A DNA stretch of 55,448 bases, taken from IMG/VR virus record IMGVR_UViG_3300032284_000540, positions 1-55,448 of that record; one strand, given 5' to 3'. The number at the start of each line of letters is the position of its first letter. The stretch's first letter is position 1. Of this stretch, positions 38,918 through 47,885 are shown in pieces. The position numbers were made by a program, and so were the translations under genes. The notes under the pieces are model-generated. The model made no database searches. It was given only the letters and a program-made list of their open reading frames with translations, and was not told the origin of the DNA. The stretch is from a virus. Taxonomy: Duplodnaviria > Caudoviricetes.

Positions 38918-39195
38918 AGTTTCACCTGTTCCTGTTCCATAAGTAATTGTTTATTAGATGTAGCAGCTTCTTCTTTTAATAGTATAGTCTGCAGCTCGTT
39001 ATACCCGCCGATGTAGAACCCGTCTATCACTACCACTGGATAAGTCTTAACGGAAGGGTATCTTTCTAGCAGTATCTCTCTGGTGAAGTCTACGTTTAGC
39101 TTCTGTTCAGAGAACTTCATATTCCTGTTAGCCAGTAGCTCTTTAGCTCTGGTGCAGTACGTGCAGTCAGTCTTAGTGTATATTTCTACGTGCAT
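38914..39195 (-). CDS. Glutaredoxin
   Basis: CTYC active site, TYP and IGGY motifs. Confidence 0.92.
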   Translation of the reverse strand: MHVEIYTKTDCTYCTRAKELLANRNMKFSEQKLNVDFTREILLERYPSVKTYPVVVIDGFYIGGYNELQTILLKEEAATSNKQLLMEQEQVKL

Positions 39196-39679
39196 CTCTA
39201 AGCCTCTTCAGTTCGGTCGTGTCATGCTCGTCTTTATACGGTTCTAAGTCAAGGTCCGGAGGAACGACTTTTATTTTCTCTGAACCTACTCTCTTCATCT
39301 GAGGATCTAAGAGCTTCGTGTACTGTCTCCAGTCTATACCAGACTTGCTCGCTGCTTCGTGTTCTAGGTAAGTGGCTATATGATGAGCCTGCTGATAGTC
39401 TAGATCGAATATATCTAGCAGAGCTTTCTCTACTACTTCGTGTGTAACTATAAGAGGAGTAACGTCTTTTCCATTCTTCATCTTTAGTTTCATGTGACGA
39501 TCTATGTATATCGTCTTGCCGTCTTCGGAGTATCCAGCCACGTACGGAACGTCATACTTAGTAATAGGCTTAATGGTACGAATAGCGGCGACGCGCTTAA
39601 GAAAGCGTCTGTCGTTCACCATCGTCTTTACCTTTTTAGAATGTACTTTGAAGAGCTGTGTATGTCTCAATCTAGGCAT
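39173..39679 (-). CDS. Hypothetical protein with HExxE metal-binding motif
   Basis: AGYS.DG.TIYID...HEVVE...Y..AH..A...E. Confidence 0.65.
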   Translation of the reverse strand: MPRLRHTQLFKVHSKKVKTMVNDRRFLKRVAAIRTIKPITKYDVPYVAGYSEDGKTIYIDRHMKLKMKNGKDVTPLIVTHEVVEKALLDIFDLDYQQAHHIATYLEHEAASKSGIDWRQYTKLLDPQMKRVGSEKIKVVPPDLDLEPYKDEHDTTELKRLRDARRNIH

Positions 39680-39680
39680 A

Positions 39681-40349
39681 TTATTCGTTCAGTATCCTCG
39701 CTAAATCTTCTAATGTATTTATCGTCTCGTCACGATCACACAACCTGACGAATTCATTTTTATCGGTCGACCACTCGTTCCCTGTCCACCACTCGAACCC
39801 GTCGTACTTGCTCTTATATATGGCGCTCGGCCCGTATCCGGCGCCGATGTATAGATGATCTAAACTCTTCGACCTAGCATGATCGATCTCGTAATGCAAA
39901 AGCTTGGCTCCAATAGACAGCTTAGGCTTATGATAGTTCCATGCCGAAAAAGTCGACTCTATTCCACCGTCATAGTTAGTCATCTTAGTAAAAGCTACGG
40001 GTGTGCCGGTGTCTTCTACTACGATCCATTCTGCCCTATTCAAGTCTACTTTAAAGTCATAGTGCTTGCTGAACTTCTTTATACTCATATACTGCTCGAA
40101 TATGACGTCTAGCTTCTTGTCGTACTCGCCCAACGAAAAAGTAACTCCCGGTATCTTAGGTAGTTTCTTACTAGCTAAGCTCAGGTCTATACGCGTGGAA
40201 CGTGAATGATACCATTTTCCGTCGTGTATAAGCCAACCCGCTTCTAAAGCTTTCTTTTCGTCTAGGTTTTTTGTATCCAACTTCAGCTTAACTATCTCTA
40301 AGTCATACTTTTCATGTGAACCGTAGATCGTTAGGATGTCTTTCTTCAT
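39681..40349 (-). CDS. Aminoacyl-tRNA:protein transferase-like GNAT (ATE/Bpt C-terminal domain-like)
   Basis: L.AGW, STRIDL and LSIG....EI..AR...L.HLYIG.GY.....YK motifs; TATAAATA at 40386-40393. Confidence 0.6.
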   Translation of the reverse strand: MKKDILTIYGSHEKYDLEIVKLKLDTKNLDEKKALEAGWLIHDGKWYHSRSTRIDLSLASKKLPKIPGVTFSLGEYDKKLDVIFEQYMSIKKFSKHYDFKVDLNRAEWIVVEDTGTPVAFTKMTNYDGGIESTFSAWNYHKPKLSIGAKLLHYEIDHARSKSLDHLYIGAGYGPSAIYKSKYDGFEWWTGNEWSTDKNEFVRLCDRDETINTLEDLARILNE

Positions 40350-40384
40350 CTACTCTTTCTGAAATTAGAACCGCTGTGATTGGT

Positions 40385-40867
40385 TTATTTATACTTATAG
40401 TAGAGAAGACTCTTGTACCTATCGGCAGCATAAGTGGCAGCGAAAGCATTAGGTTTGACCATAGGAACGACGTTACACGTGGCTTTGATGTATCCGATGG
40501 CCTGTTGCATGACACAGAAAGATCCTTGTTTTTCGTCAGAATTAATATCGAGATGTATCTCGAAGTGTCTATCTCCTATAGCTTCGGCTAGCTGGAGATA
40601 CAGGCCAGAGATCTTATAGACTTCGTTCATTAGTCTGAATCTGGGTTTATCTTTTTGCTGATCGAAGTCTTTTTCGGTGCTAATGTCGCCGAAAAGCTTA
40701 GCGCCCTTACACCCATCATAGTGGACGACGACGGCTAGTGTATAATCTGCATACCATACTTCATTTTTTACATATCTCTCTGAATCAGACCCGAGATATA
40801 TCTTGGTACTACTAGAAGTATTAGATATGAAATGGCTGACTTCGTCGATGTTTATATTTCTTTGCAT
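40385..40867 (-). CDS. RNase H-like YkuK (DUF458) family protein
   Basis: IYLGSDS, RLMNEV, EIHLDIN and KP.AFAATYAAD motifs. Confidence 0.85.
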   Translation of the reverse strand: MQRNINIDEVSHFISNTSSSTKIYLGSDSERYVKNEVWYADYTLAVVVHYDGCKGAKLFGDISTEKDFDQQKDKPRFRLMNEVYKISGLYLQLAEAIGDRHFEIHLDINSDEKQGSFCVMQQAIGYIKATCNVVPMVKPNAFAATYAADRYKSLLYYKYK

Positions 40868-40881
40868 GATTTATATTAGAG

Positions 40882-40956
40882 TGGAGCGGAGAGAGGGAAT
40901 CGAACCCTCGACCAACAGTTTGGAAAACTGTGACTCTACCACTGAGTTACCCCCGC
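40882..40956 (-). tRNA. tRNA-Gly (anticodon TCC)
   Basis: Cloverleaf GCGGGGG TA ACTC AGTGGTA GAGT C ACAGT TTTCCAA ACTGT TGGTC GAGGG TTCGATT CCCTC TCTCCGC T CCA. U73 discriminator, encoded CCA, and CATAAATA upstream (40983-40990). Confidence 0.95.
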
Positions 40957-40987
40957 AGACTTTGTTTATTCGGAATAAATAATATTT

Positions 40988-41488
40988 ATGGATATGACTA
41001 GTGCTATAAGATGGTTGGCAATGCAGCGAGGCTGCATGTGTGAGATGTGTGGTCGTGGCGAATGGCTTAAGATCGTGACGTCTACTGGCAAGATACCAGA
41101 TTATTTAATATTATACCACAAAGACGGAGACGTTGTAAACAATAATTTGGACAACGTATCATTAAGATGCGACACGTGTTCTAAACTAAGAGACGCCAAG
41201 AAAGTAGCGTTCTTGACACCGGCAAAAGGAACGAAGAACGCCAATCATGCACACGTAGGAAAGTTATACATACACAAGGGCGCGCAGAACAAGTTTGTGT
41301 TTCCTAGAGACCTGGAAAGATACTTGGCCGAAGGATGGGAGAGAGGTAGGATCACTCATACCAGACCCCCGCCACACACTGGAAAGATCAGAATAACCGA
41401 CGGAGTAAGAAATAGAATATGGGAAAAAGACGTGCCATTACCAGAAGGATGGTGGAGAGGTCAGGTCAAGAAAGATGACTCTTTCTGA
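40988..41488 (+). CDS. Free-standing HNH endonuclease-like protein (possibly degenerate)
   Basis: CEMC...YHKDGDVVNNNLDNV...CDTC plus two EGW..G repeats; on the opposite strand to its neighbours. Confidence 0.75.
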   Translation: MDMTSAIRWLAMQRGCMCEMCGRGEWLKIVTSTGKIPDYLILYHKDGDVVNNNLDNVSLRCDTCSKLRDAKKVAFLTPAKGTKNANHAHVGKLYIHKGAQNKFVFPRDLERYLAEGWERGRITHTRPPPHTGKIRITDGVRNRIWEKDVPLPEGWWRGQVKKDDSF

Positions 41489-41867
41489 TCTTGCAGAATA
41501 TCCAAGAGTTATAGTACTCGTCAGACTCTAACACCCTAAGCTCAAACTGTAACCTAGCTTCGTGATAAGAAGCATCTCCCTTAGTCTTACAGAGAACTAG
41601 TATCTCTCTACTAAAGTTTTCTTTTCCTAGCTTCTCTATGTCTGCTTTAAGCTCTGCGCTAGAGCCGTAGTACTTCTGCCAGTCAGACTCGAGCTTCACA
41701 CGCTTCGCACGCTTCTTTCCCCTGATCTTCTTTTTTCTAGAAGACCAGAACCATTTCTTTCCGATATATTTTCTGTCAGTAAGTTTGTTCGTTATGCGGT
41801 ATACAAAACCGAAATTGTCACCGATCATAGACGAGTCAAAATCTTTAATTCCGTAGGTCCATACCAT
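41466..41867 (-). CDS. GIY-YIG endonuclease (endonuclease II/DenA-like)
   Basis: GFVY.ITN....KYIGKK, W..YYGSS, F.REIL and YYN motifs; follows nrdB; TATAAATA at 41873-41880. Confidence 0.85.
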   Translation of the reverse strand: MVWTYGIKDFDSSMIGDNFGFVYRITNKLTDRKYIGKKWFWSSRKKKIRGKKRAKRVKLESDWQKYYGSSAELKADIEKLGKENFSREILVLCKTKGDASYHEARLQFELRVLESDEYYNSWIFCKIRKSHLS

Positions 41868-41882
41868 AGACCTATTTATATG

Positions 41883-42977
41883 CTAGAGTGACATACCCTT
41901 GAAAGTATCTCTACTGACGTCTTGCTTAACTCCGCCGACGACGTACGAGCTAATTTCTGTTTCCTGCGGCGCCACTTGAACTTCAGAACCGCTGATCCAT
42001 TTAGAAGTCCACGGCAGCGGATTAGATCCTCCCTTATACGGCGTATCTAAGCCGACGGCAGTCATTCTCTTATTAGCGATCCACTCTATGTAGTTTACGA
42101 GTAATTGCTCGTTCAAACCGATCATAGAACCGTCTTGGAATAGATACTTGGCCCAAGACTTCTCCTGCTCGACGGCCGAGATGAACATCTGAATACATTC
42201 TTTCTCAGTCTGTTTTGAAATAATCGAGAAAGCTTTATCTTCTTGCGGCAAAGCTTTTATTAGCTGCTGAGTGCTTGCCAGGTGTAAGTTCTCGTCTCTA
42301 CATATCAGCTTAATAATCTTCGCGTTACCTTCCATCTTCTTGACTTCAGCGAACGCCCAAGAACAAGCAAAAGAGACGTAGAAACGAATGCCCTCTAAGA
42401 TGTTGACAGACATAAGAGCCAACCACAACGACTTCTTATGTTCGTATAACCCACTATCCGGATACTTCTTGTTATGAAAGAAATTATTAAGATCGATAAG
42501 ATTGTCGTAGTATTTGCTAATATCGGCAGCGCAATCTACTATTTCTTTAATATCCAGCATCTCATCAAAGACTTTAGATGGATCCGGATAGACGTTTTGG
42601 ATTAAATATGAGTAAGACTTCGAATGAATAGTCTCAGAGAAAGACCAAGCTGAGAGCCAGAGCTCGAGCTCTGGCAAAGAGCAGACGGGTCCAAAAGCTG
42701 CGACGGGTGCCCGGCCCTGTACAGAGTCTAATAGAATCTGTCTCTTTAGATTAGAAGTAAAGATGTGTTGCTCGTGTTTAGTCAGAGCTTTAAAGTCTTT
42801 AGCGTCTCGACTGACGTCTACTTCTTGCGGTCTCCAGAAAAAGCCGTGCTGACGTTCTGTAAGTTTATCTAGCCAAGAGTATTTGTGGCGATCGTACCTG
42901 GCTATAGATACTGAATCATCAAAGAACGCATGAGACTTCGTCTGATCACGTTTAGAGCTAGAATCGAATACTTTCAT
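41883..42977 (-). CDS. nrdB: Ribonucleotide reductase class Ia beta subunit
   Basis: FFWRPQEV, ETIHSKSY, LEGIRFYVSFAC, DENLH and VAPQETEISSY motifs. Confidence 0.97.
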   Translation of the reverse strand: MKVFDSSSKRDQTKSHAFFDDSVSIARYDRHKYSWLDKLTERQHGFFWRPQEVDVSRDAKDFKALTKHEQHIFTSNLKRQILLDSVQGRAPVAAFGPVCSLPELELWLSAWSFSETIHSKSYSYLIQNVYPDPSKVFDEMLDIKEIVDCAADISKYYDNLIDLNNFFHNKKYPDSGLYEHKKSLWLALMSVNILEGIRFYVSFACSWAFAEVKKMEGNAKIIKLICRDENLHLASTQQLIKALPQEDKAFSIISKQTEKECIQMFISAVEQEKSWAKYLFQDGSMIGLNEQLLVNYIEWIANKRMTAVGLDTPYKGGSNPLPWTSKWISGSEVQVAPQETEISSYVVGGVKQDVSRDTFKGMSL

Positions 42978-42978
42978 A

Positions 42979-45264
42979 TTAAATAGTGCAGCTATCGCAG
43001 GCCGCTTCCTCTATCTCAGATGTTTCAAGCTCTGGCAAAGCTATTTCGCCGGAGCCATCAAGAACGTTCATATAATAAAGTTGTTTTCCGCCGAACTTAT
43101 AGAACATTACTATATGTTTTATTAGCTCCGACATCGGGATCTGCTCTCCCTCGTAGTGTCGAGGGTTGTACGAAGTATTAACAGAGATGCCCTGATCTAT
43201 GAACTTTTGTAGCACAGCGCATATCTTAAGATAACCTTCTGGTGACTTTTGATCCCATAACAAATCATACTTATTTTTAAGAGAACGGACGTTTGGAACT
43301 ACCTGCTTAAGTACTCCGTCTTTAGACTGTTTTACTGAGACCAAAGAACGAGGAGGCTCGATGCCGTTAGTAGAGTTCGATATCTGGGCGGACGTCTCGG
43401 CCGGCATCAATGCCATTAGAGTAGAGTTACGTATACCGTACTTCTTCACTTTCTCACGAAGCTCTTCCCAGTTCATATTATACTTCGATTTTACCAGTTC
43501 GTCTACTTCTTTTTTATAAGTGTCTATGGGAAGCAGTCCGGCCGAGTACTTAGTCTCTACAGACTTCGGGCAAGCGCCCTTCTCTTCGGCTAGATCTACA
43601 GAGGCTTTAATAAGATAGTATGACCAGGCTTCGGCGAATTGATGGAGTCTGGCAAGGCCGGTATCAGAGACTTCTGAGTATTTGAGGTCGTTTCTAGCCA
43701 GCCAGTACGCAAGATTAACGATACCGACGCCGAGAGGACGACGATCCATGGTAGATACCCGAGCGGCTTCGACTGGATAATCCTGATAGTCAAGAAGAGC
43801 ATCGAGAGCCCTAACGACGAGAGTACAAGGACGTTCAAAATCGGATGGCTCACGTATCTTTCCCCAATTGATCGCAGCTAGAGTGCATAAGCTAATCTCT
43901 CCGTCTTTGTCTAGGATGTTATTTATTGGCTTGGTAGGCAGATCTATTTCACAACAAAGATTACTCTGTCTGATAGGAGCTTTTTCTTTTATGAAAGCGC
44001 CATGATCGTTAGCATGATCTACGTTCATCAAGTAGATACGACCTGTATCTTTGCGTTCTTGAAGGAACGTAGAGAACAGCTCTAGAGCAGGAACCGTCTT
44101 CTTACGAAGCTTAGTGCTTCTCTCAGCTTTCTCGTACATCTCTCTGAACTTATCTACGTCGACGAAGAAAGCCTCGTACATCTCCGGAACGTCGTGCGGC
44201 GAGAACAGCGTGATGTCACCTACAGAAAGTAGACGCTCGTACATTACCTTGTTGAACTGCACGCAGTAGTCCATGTGTCGAAGACGGTTGGACTCAGTAC
44301 CCTTGTTGTTCTTGAGTACTAGTAGATCTTCTACTTCGAGATGCCAGAGAGGATAGTATAGAGTCGCCGCGCCGTTTCTAACGCTTCCCTGCGAGCACGA
44401 GCGTATCGCTGACTCAAATAGTCTATAGAAGGGAACGACGCCCGTATGAGAAGTGTCGCCGTTCCTAACAGGAGAATTAATAGCACGAATACGACCAGCG
44501 CCGATTCCAATGCCAGCTTTTTGAGAAACGTACTTAGTGATAGCAGAAGAGGTAGCCGTGATCGAGTCCAGCGAGTCGTCTGTCTCGATAAGGACACAAG
44601 AGCTAAACTGCTTCTGCGGAGTTCGTAACCCAGCCATGATAGGCGTAGGAAGAGACACTTGAAAAGTAGAGACTGCGTCATAGAATTCTTTAACCCATTT
44701 TATTCTAGTATCACGAGAGTACTCTTTGAAGAGAATCATAGAGATGAGCATATAAGCCATCTGAGGAGTCTCGAAGATCTTACCGGTCACCCGGTTCTTC
44801 ACCAAGTATTTACCGCGAAACTGTTCCATACCGGCATAAGTTATATCAAAATCACGGTCATGATATAAGTACTTACCGAGCTCTCCTATCTCGAGCTCGC
44901 TGTAAGACTCTAGTATCTCTGAGTCGTAGTATCCAGCACCTATCACGTTCTTAATATGTTCGAGAAAGTTGCCCGGTTCATGACTGCCGTAGACGTCTTT
45001 TCTAAGATGATAGTTGATAAGACGACCGGCTACGTACTGATAGCCCGGATTTTCTTCAGAAATAAGATCGGCCGCCGCTTTGATCAGAGTCTCTTGTATG
45101 TCGGAAGTCTTTATACCGTTATAGAACTGTATGTGTGACTTGATCTGTATCTCGCTAGGAGACACCGTCTTCAAACCCTCGCACGCCCATGCCGTGACTC
45201 TATGGAACTTATCTAAGTTTAACGGCTCTTTGCTACCGTCACGCTTCGTTACCATAAGAGTCAT
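42979..45264 (-). CDS. nrdA: Ribonucleotide reductase class Ia alpha subunit
   Basis: ATP cone VTKRDG, QFSSC, SNLCCEI, MPAETS and C-terminal CDSC. Confidence 0.97.
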   Translation of the reverse strand: MTLMVTKRDGSKEPLNLDKFHRVTAWACEGLKTVSPSEIQIKSHIQFYNGIKTSDIQETLIKAAADLISEENPGYQYVAGRLINYHLRKDVYGSHEPGNFLEHIKNVIGAGYYDSEILESYSELEIGELGKYLYHDRDFDITYAGMEQFRGKYLVKNRVTGKIFETPQMAYMLISMILFKEYSRDTRIKWVKEFYDAVSTFQVSLPTPIMAGLRTPQKQFSSCVLIETDDSLDSITATSSAITKYVSQKAGIGIGAGRIRAINSPVRNGDTSHTGVVPFYRLFESAIRSCSQGSVRNGAATLYYPLWHLEVEDLLVLKNNKGTESNRLRHMDYCVQFNKVMYERLLSVGDITLFSPHDVPEMYEAFFVDVDKFREMYEKAERSTKLRKKTVPALELFSTFLQERKDTGRIYLMNVDHANDHGAFIKEKAPIRQSNLCCEIDLPTKPINNILDKDGEISLCTLAAINWGKIREPSDFERPCTLVVRALDALLDYQDYPVEAARVSTMDRRPLGVGIVNLAYWLARNDLKYSEVSDTGLARLHQFAEAWSYYLIKASVDLAEEKGACPKSVETKYSAGLLPIDTYKKEVDELVKSKYNMNWEELREKVKKYGIRNSTLMALMPAETSAQISNSTNGIEPPRSLVSVKQSKDGVLKQVVPNVRSLKNKYDLLWDQKSPEGYLKICAVLQKFIDQGISVNTSYNPRHYEGEQIPMSELIKHIVMFYKFGGKQLYYMNVLDGSGEIALPELETSEIEEAACDSCTI

Positions 45265-45267
45265 GCG

Positions 45268-45510
45268 CTACGCTCCAATACTTTGGATTAAAAATAATGT
45301 ATGAGTTAGTATATATGCTGACCAAGCGAAGAAGTTCAAGATCATTAAGATGGTCGCGATCATCTTGAATAGTACTATAACTGGCATAAGAAACATGAAA
45401 GCCATAGCCGCTACAAGACAGTAGAGTACAATCCTACCGAATATATCAAATACAGAAACGCGTCGTGAGTCTTCTTTATTCTTCATCTTAGTCGCTACTG
45501 CTTTAGTCAT
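45268..45510 (-). CDS. Small membrane protein
   Basis: Two hydrophobic segments; CATAAATA at 45546-45553. Confidence 0.65.
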   Translation of the reverse strand: MTKAVATKMKNKEDSRRVSVFDIFGRIVLYCLVAAMAFMFLMPVIVLFKMIATILMILNFFAWSAYILTHTLFLIQSIGA

Positions 45511-45557
45511 TGAGACGCGTCATGATATTGGTCTAGTCATTCCGTTATTTATGTGTG

Positions 45558-46226
45558 CTAATCATGTAAGCTATCTTTTAGAGACGGAAACATGTTAGTA
45601 AGTTCATACCATACCGAAGTCGCGACTTCACGATGCTCTTTCTGAGTGCCGTTAGACGTACGCAACTGGCAATAATGGATCCACGATCGAACAGATCCGG
45701 CCATATACATACGAGATACTGTTAACCCTTCTGGCAATATGGCTCTGGCTTGCTCTTTAGCTATGCCGTGTTCTATAGCCCATCTATAATCGATAAGCGT
45801 CTGTTCGATTAGTTTAGCTTGAATTACTTTCCACGTTCCCTGCAACGTCTTGTCGTCGGTCTCTATGGAGTTCTGGCGGTTCTTATTATCCTGTAGGCGC
45901 GCTTCTCGTTCAATGAAACCAAGATCTTTGGTCGGATCGGCGTATCGCTGGCTGAACTCTTGAAAAGAGAACGAACGATGGCGTAAGATTTGACGCGCGA
46001 TATCTCTGGTCGTCGTGATCTCCATCACGACGTGAACCATCTCGAACGGAGACCAGTGATTATTCTTGCGTAAGTACTTGACCAACTTAGGCGCAGTCTC
46101 GACGTTATTCTGATTCGAAGGACTGGAGACTCTAGCTACGTAAGCTATCATGTCATCGGGAGAAGCTACTCCCTCTATAGTCGGCTTGGTCGCTGCTACT
46201 AGCTTTGCGTGATGCATTTCTAACAT
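45558..46226 (-). CDS. thyX: FAD-dependent thymidylate synthase
   Basis: HWSPFE, RQILRHRSFSFQEFSQRY, EQARAILP and QKEHR motifs. Confidence 0.96.
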   Translation of the reverse strand: MLEMHHAKLVAATKPTIEGVASPDDMIAYVARVSSPSNQNNVETAPKLVKYLRKNNHWSPFEMVHVVMEITTTRDIARQILRHRSFSFQEFSQRYADPTKDLGFIEREARLQDNKNRQNSIETDDKTLQGTWKVIQAKLIEQTLIDYRWAIEHGIAKEQARAILPEGLTVSRMYMAGSVRSWIHYCQLRTSNGTQKEHREVATSVWYELTNMFPSLKDSLHD

Positions 46227-46428
46227 ACCTCTTTATGATATCGTTGTAGTTCGTTTCAAAAACAGATAATACTCTAGGCATAGAAGAGTAAGCGTCAGTC
46301 ACTAAAGCTTTCGCGAAAGGAAACGTCACGCCCTGCGACAGTGCATACAAGTCTTCTTCAGCAGCATGCTTGGCTTCTAAGCGCGCGTAAAAAAGTTCTT
46401 GATCTTTAAGTCTGACACGCGCTTCCAT
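46153..46428 (-). CDS. Possible hypothetical protein bridging primase and thyX
   Basis: 91-aa ORF filling a 150-nt gap but overlapping both neighbours. Confidence 0.35.
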   Translation of the reverse strand: MEARVRLKDQELFYARLEAKHAAEEDLYALSQGVTFPFAKALVTDAYSSMPRVLSVFETNYNDIIKRYVRNASRKASSSDQADYRGSSFSR

Positions 46429-47426
46429 CTACTAAACTCCACCGTAGCTCTTAACCCGCTGAACGTATACTCTTCTATCATGTTCTCTACCGACTGCGGC
46501 TTAAGCCCAGACAGCACCATGTCGTTGACGTCTTTCTGCTCTAGACCGTCTGGCCAGATACATATAGAGTAGCCGGCGTCTATAGCTTTCTTCATCTTCT
46601 TTACGGTATGTACAGACCTGGGTTCGTTGTCATACACTATGACTAGGTTTTTCTTATCTAGGCCTCTAGATAGAGACACTAGGTCTCCGCCGGCGGTAGC
46701 TACTGAGTTAGTCACAAACATCGAGTCTATTGGTCCCTCGAAGACATACACACGTTGCTTAAAGTCTACGGTATCTAACCCGTAGACTTTTGGAATAGAT
46801 TCGTCGACGACTATAGTTACGTACTTTGTCTTCGAAGCAGGATCTAGCGACCTACCCTGAAACGCGTGTACCTTATCTTTATATAAGAAAGGAATCACCA
46901 GCCTTGGTTCGTCTCTTTTTAAGACCGCGTCATCGAATTTGCCTGGCAACACTGCATTGACGAACTCGAAGAATCGTTCACTCTTAAATAGTTTGTAATG
47001 ATACTTGGCTGGTATTCGACGTGATACTACGTACTTCTTTATCGGGTCTTCTACGTGTAGAGAAGATACTTTTTGAAGTCTGCTCAACGGGTCAGTCTTC
47101 TGAAATACCGGTGTCGAGATCGATCTATGAGCAACCATCGATGCTTTATTCTGAGGAGCTCCCAACTTCTCGATCTTAAACTCAGTGTATAAGTTTGGAT
47201 CTAAGAACTTAATAAAATTTGGTAGCGTCATCGACGCGTTACAGTTGTGACAGAAGAACAAAGACTTTCCTTGCTTCTCGTATATCCAACCACGCGCTTT
47301 GGTCTTACTTTTTTGAGAGTCACCACATATCGGACATCTGAAATTAAAAGTATTACCAGATTTTCGTTTGAATCCTGTGAGACGATTCGAGACTAGTCCT
47401 AGATACTTCTGTTCAAGCCAATCCAT
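46377..47426 (-). CDS. gp61: DNA primase gp61
   Basis: RCPICGDS...CHNC zinc finger, FQGRSL, EGPIDSMF, YDNEPR and KDVNDM motifs. Confidence 0.96.
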   Translation of the reverse strand: MDWLEQKYLGLVSNRLTGFKRKSGNTFNFRCPICGDSQKSKTKARGWIYEKQGKSLFFCHNCNASMTLPNFIKFLDPNLYTEFKIEKLGAPQNKASMVAHRSISTPVFQKTDPLSRLQKVSSLHVEDPIKKYVVSRRIPAKYHYKLFKSERFFEFVNAVLPGKFDDAVLKRDEPRLVIPFLYKDKVHAFQGRSLDPASKTKYVTIVVDESIPKVYGLDTVDFKQRVYVFEGPIDSMFVTNSVATAGGDLVSLSRGLDKKNLVIVYDNEPRSVHTVKKMKKAIDAGYSICIWPDGLEQKDVNDMVLSGLKPQSVENMIEEYTFSGLRATVEFSRWKRVSDLKIKNFFTRA

Positions 47427-47457
47427 TACTATCCATTAGTATAAAACCGATATACGG

Positions 47458-47487
47458 ATTATACCATCGGTAAGAATGGTTGTATAC
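47458..47487 (-). promoter_or_regulatory. Early promoter upstream of primase
   Basis: GTATACA-N17-TATAAT. Confidence 0.8.
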
Positions 47488-47489
47488 TA

Positions 47490-47885
47490 TTATTTTACCA
47501 TGGTATGATAGTTAGATATGAAAGAGAACAACCAGCTCACTGCTATTGAAGCTCCTATGGCCATCCATATATACTTTTCGAAAGAGATCATTCTTTCTTT
47601 GAGCTTATCGTGTTGTTTCTTCGATTCGTCTGATAGATCTTTTATTTCTTTGAAAATGTTTTCTGTATTTTTTTCTATAGCGCCATATAGATCATTAGTA
47701 ACTACAGATATCTCAGACCTTCTTTTTTCTATGGAATCTTCTAAGTTGTCCTGTTTCTTTTCATGAATATTCAAGCGTTCTTCATGAACTGCCAGCATCT
47801 TATTGATATCACTAGAAATTTCTGTAAGACGATCTATAGCATGCTTAATACTATTATTGGCGTATGTTATTTTATTGCGATCCAT
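47490..47885 (-). CDS. Coiled-coil protein with C-terminal TM helix (XhlA/holin-like)
   Basis: LAVHEERL coiled coil, then EKYIWMAIGASIAVSWLF. Confidence 0.65.
   Translation of the reverse strand: MDRNKITYANNSIKHAIDRLTEISSDINKMLAVHEERLNIHEKKQDNLEDSIEKRRSEISVVTNDLYGAIEKNTENIFKEIKDLSDESKKQHDKLKERMISFEKYIWMAIGASIAVSWLFSFISNYHTMVK

Noticed and set aside
40882-40956. tRNA-Gly as a non-proteinogenic or suppressor tRNA
   Set aside because: It has a normal TCC anticodon, D-loop GG, TTCGA T-loop and a strong T-stem; only two G-U pairs in the acceptor stem are atypical.
41883-46226. Possible introns or inteins in nrdA, nrdB and thyX
   Set aside because: All three are continuous and of normal length, with motifs in the expected order.
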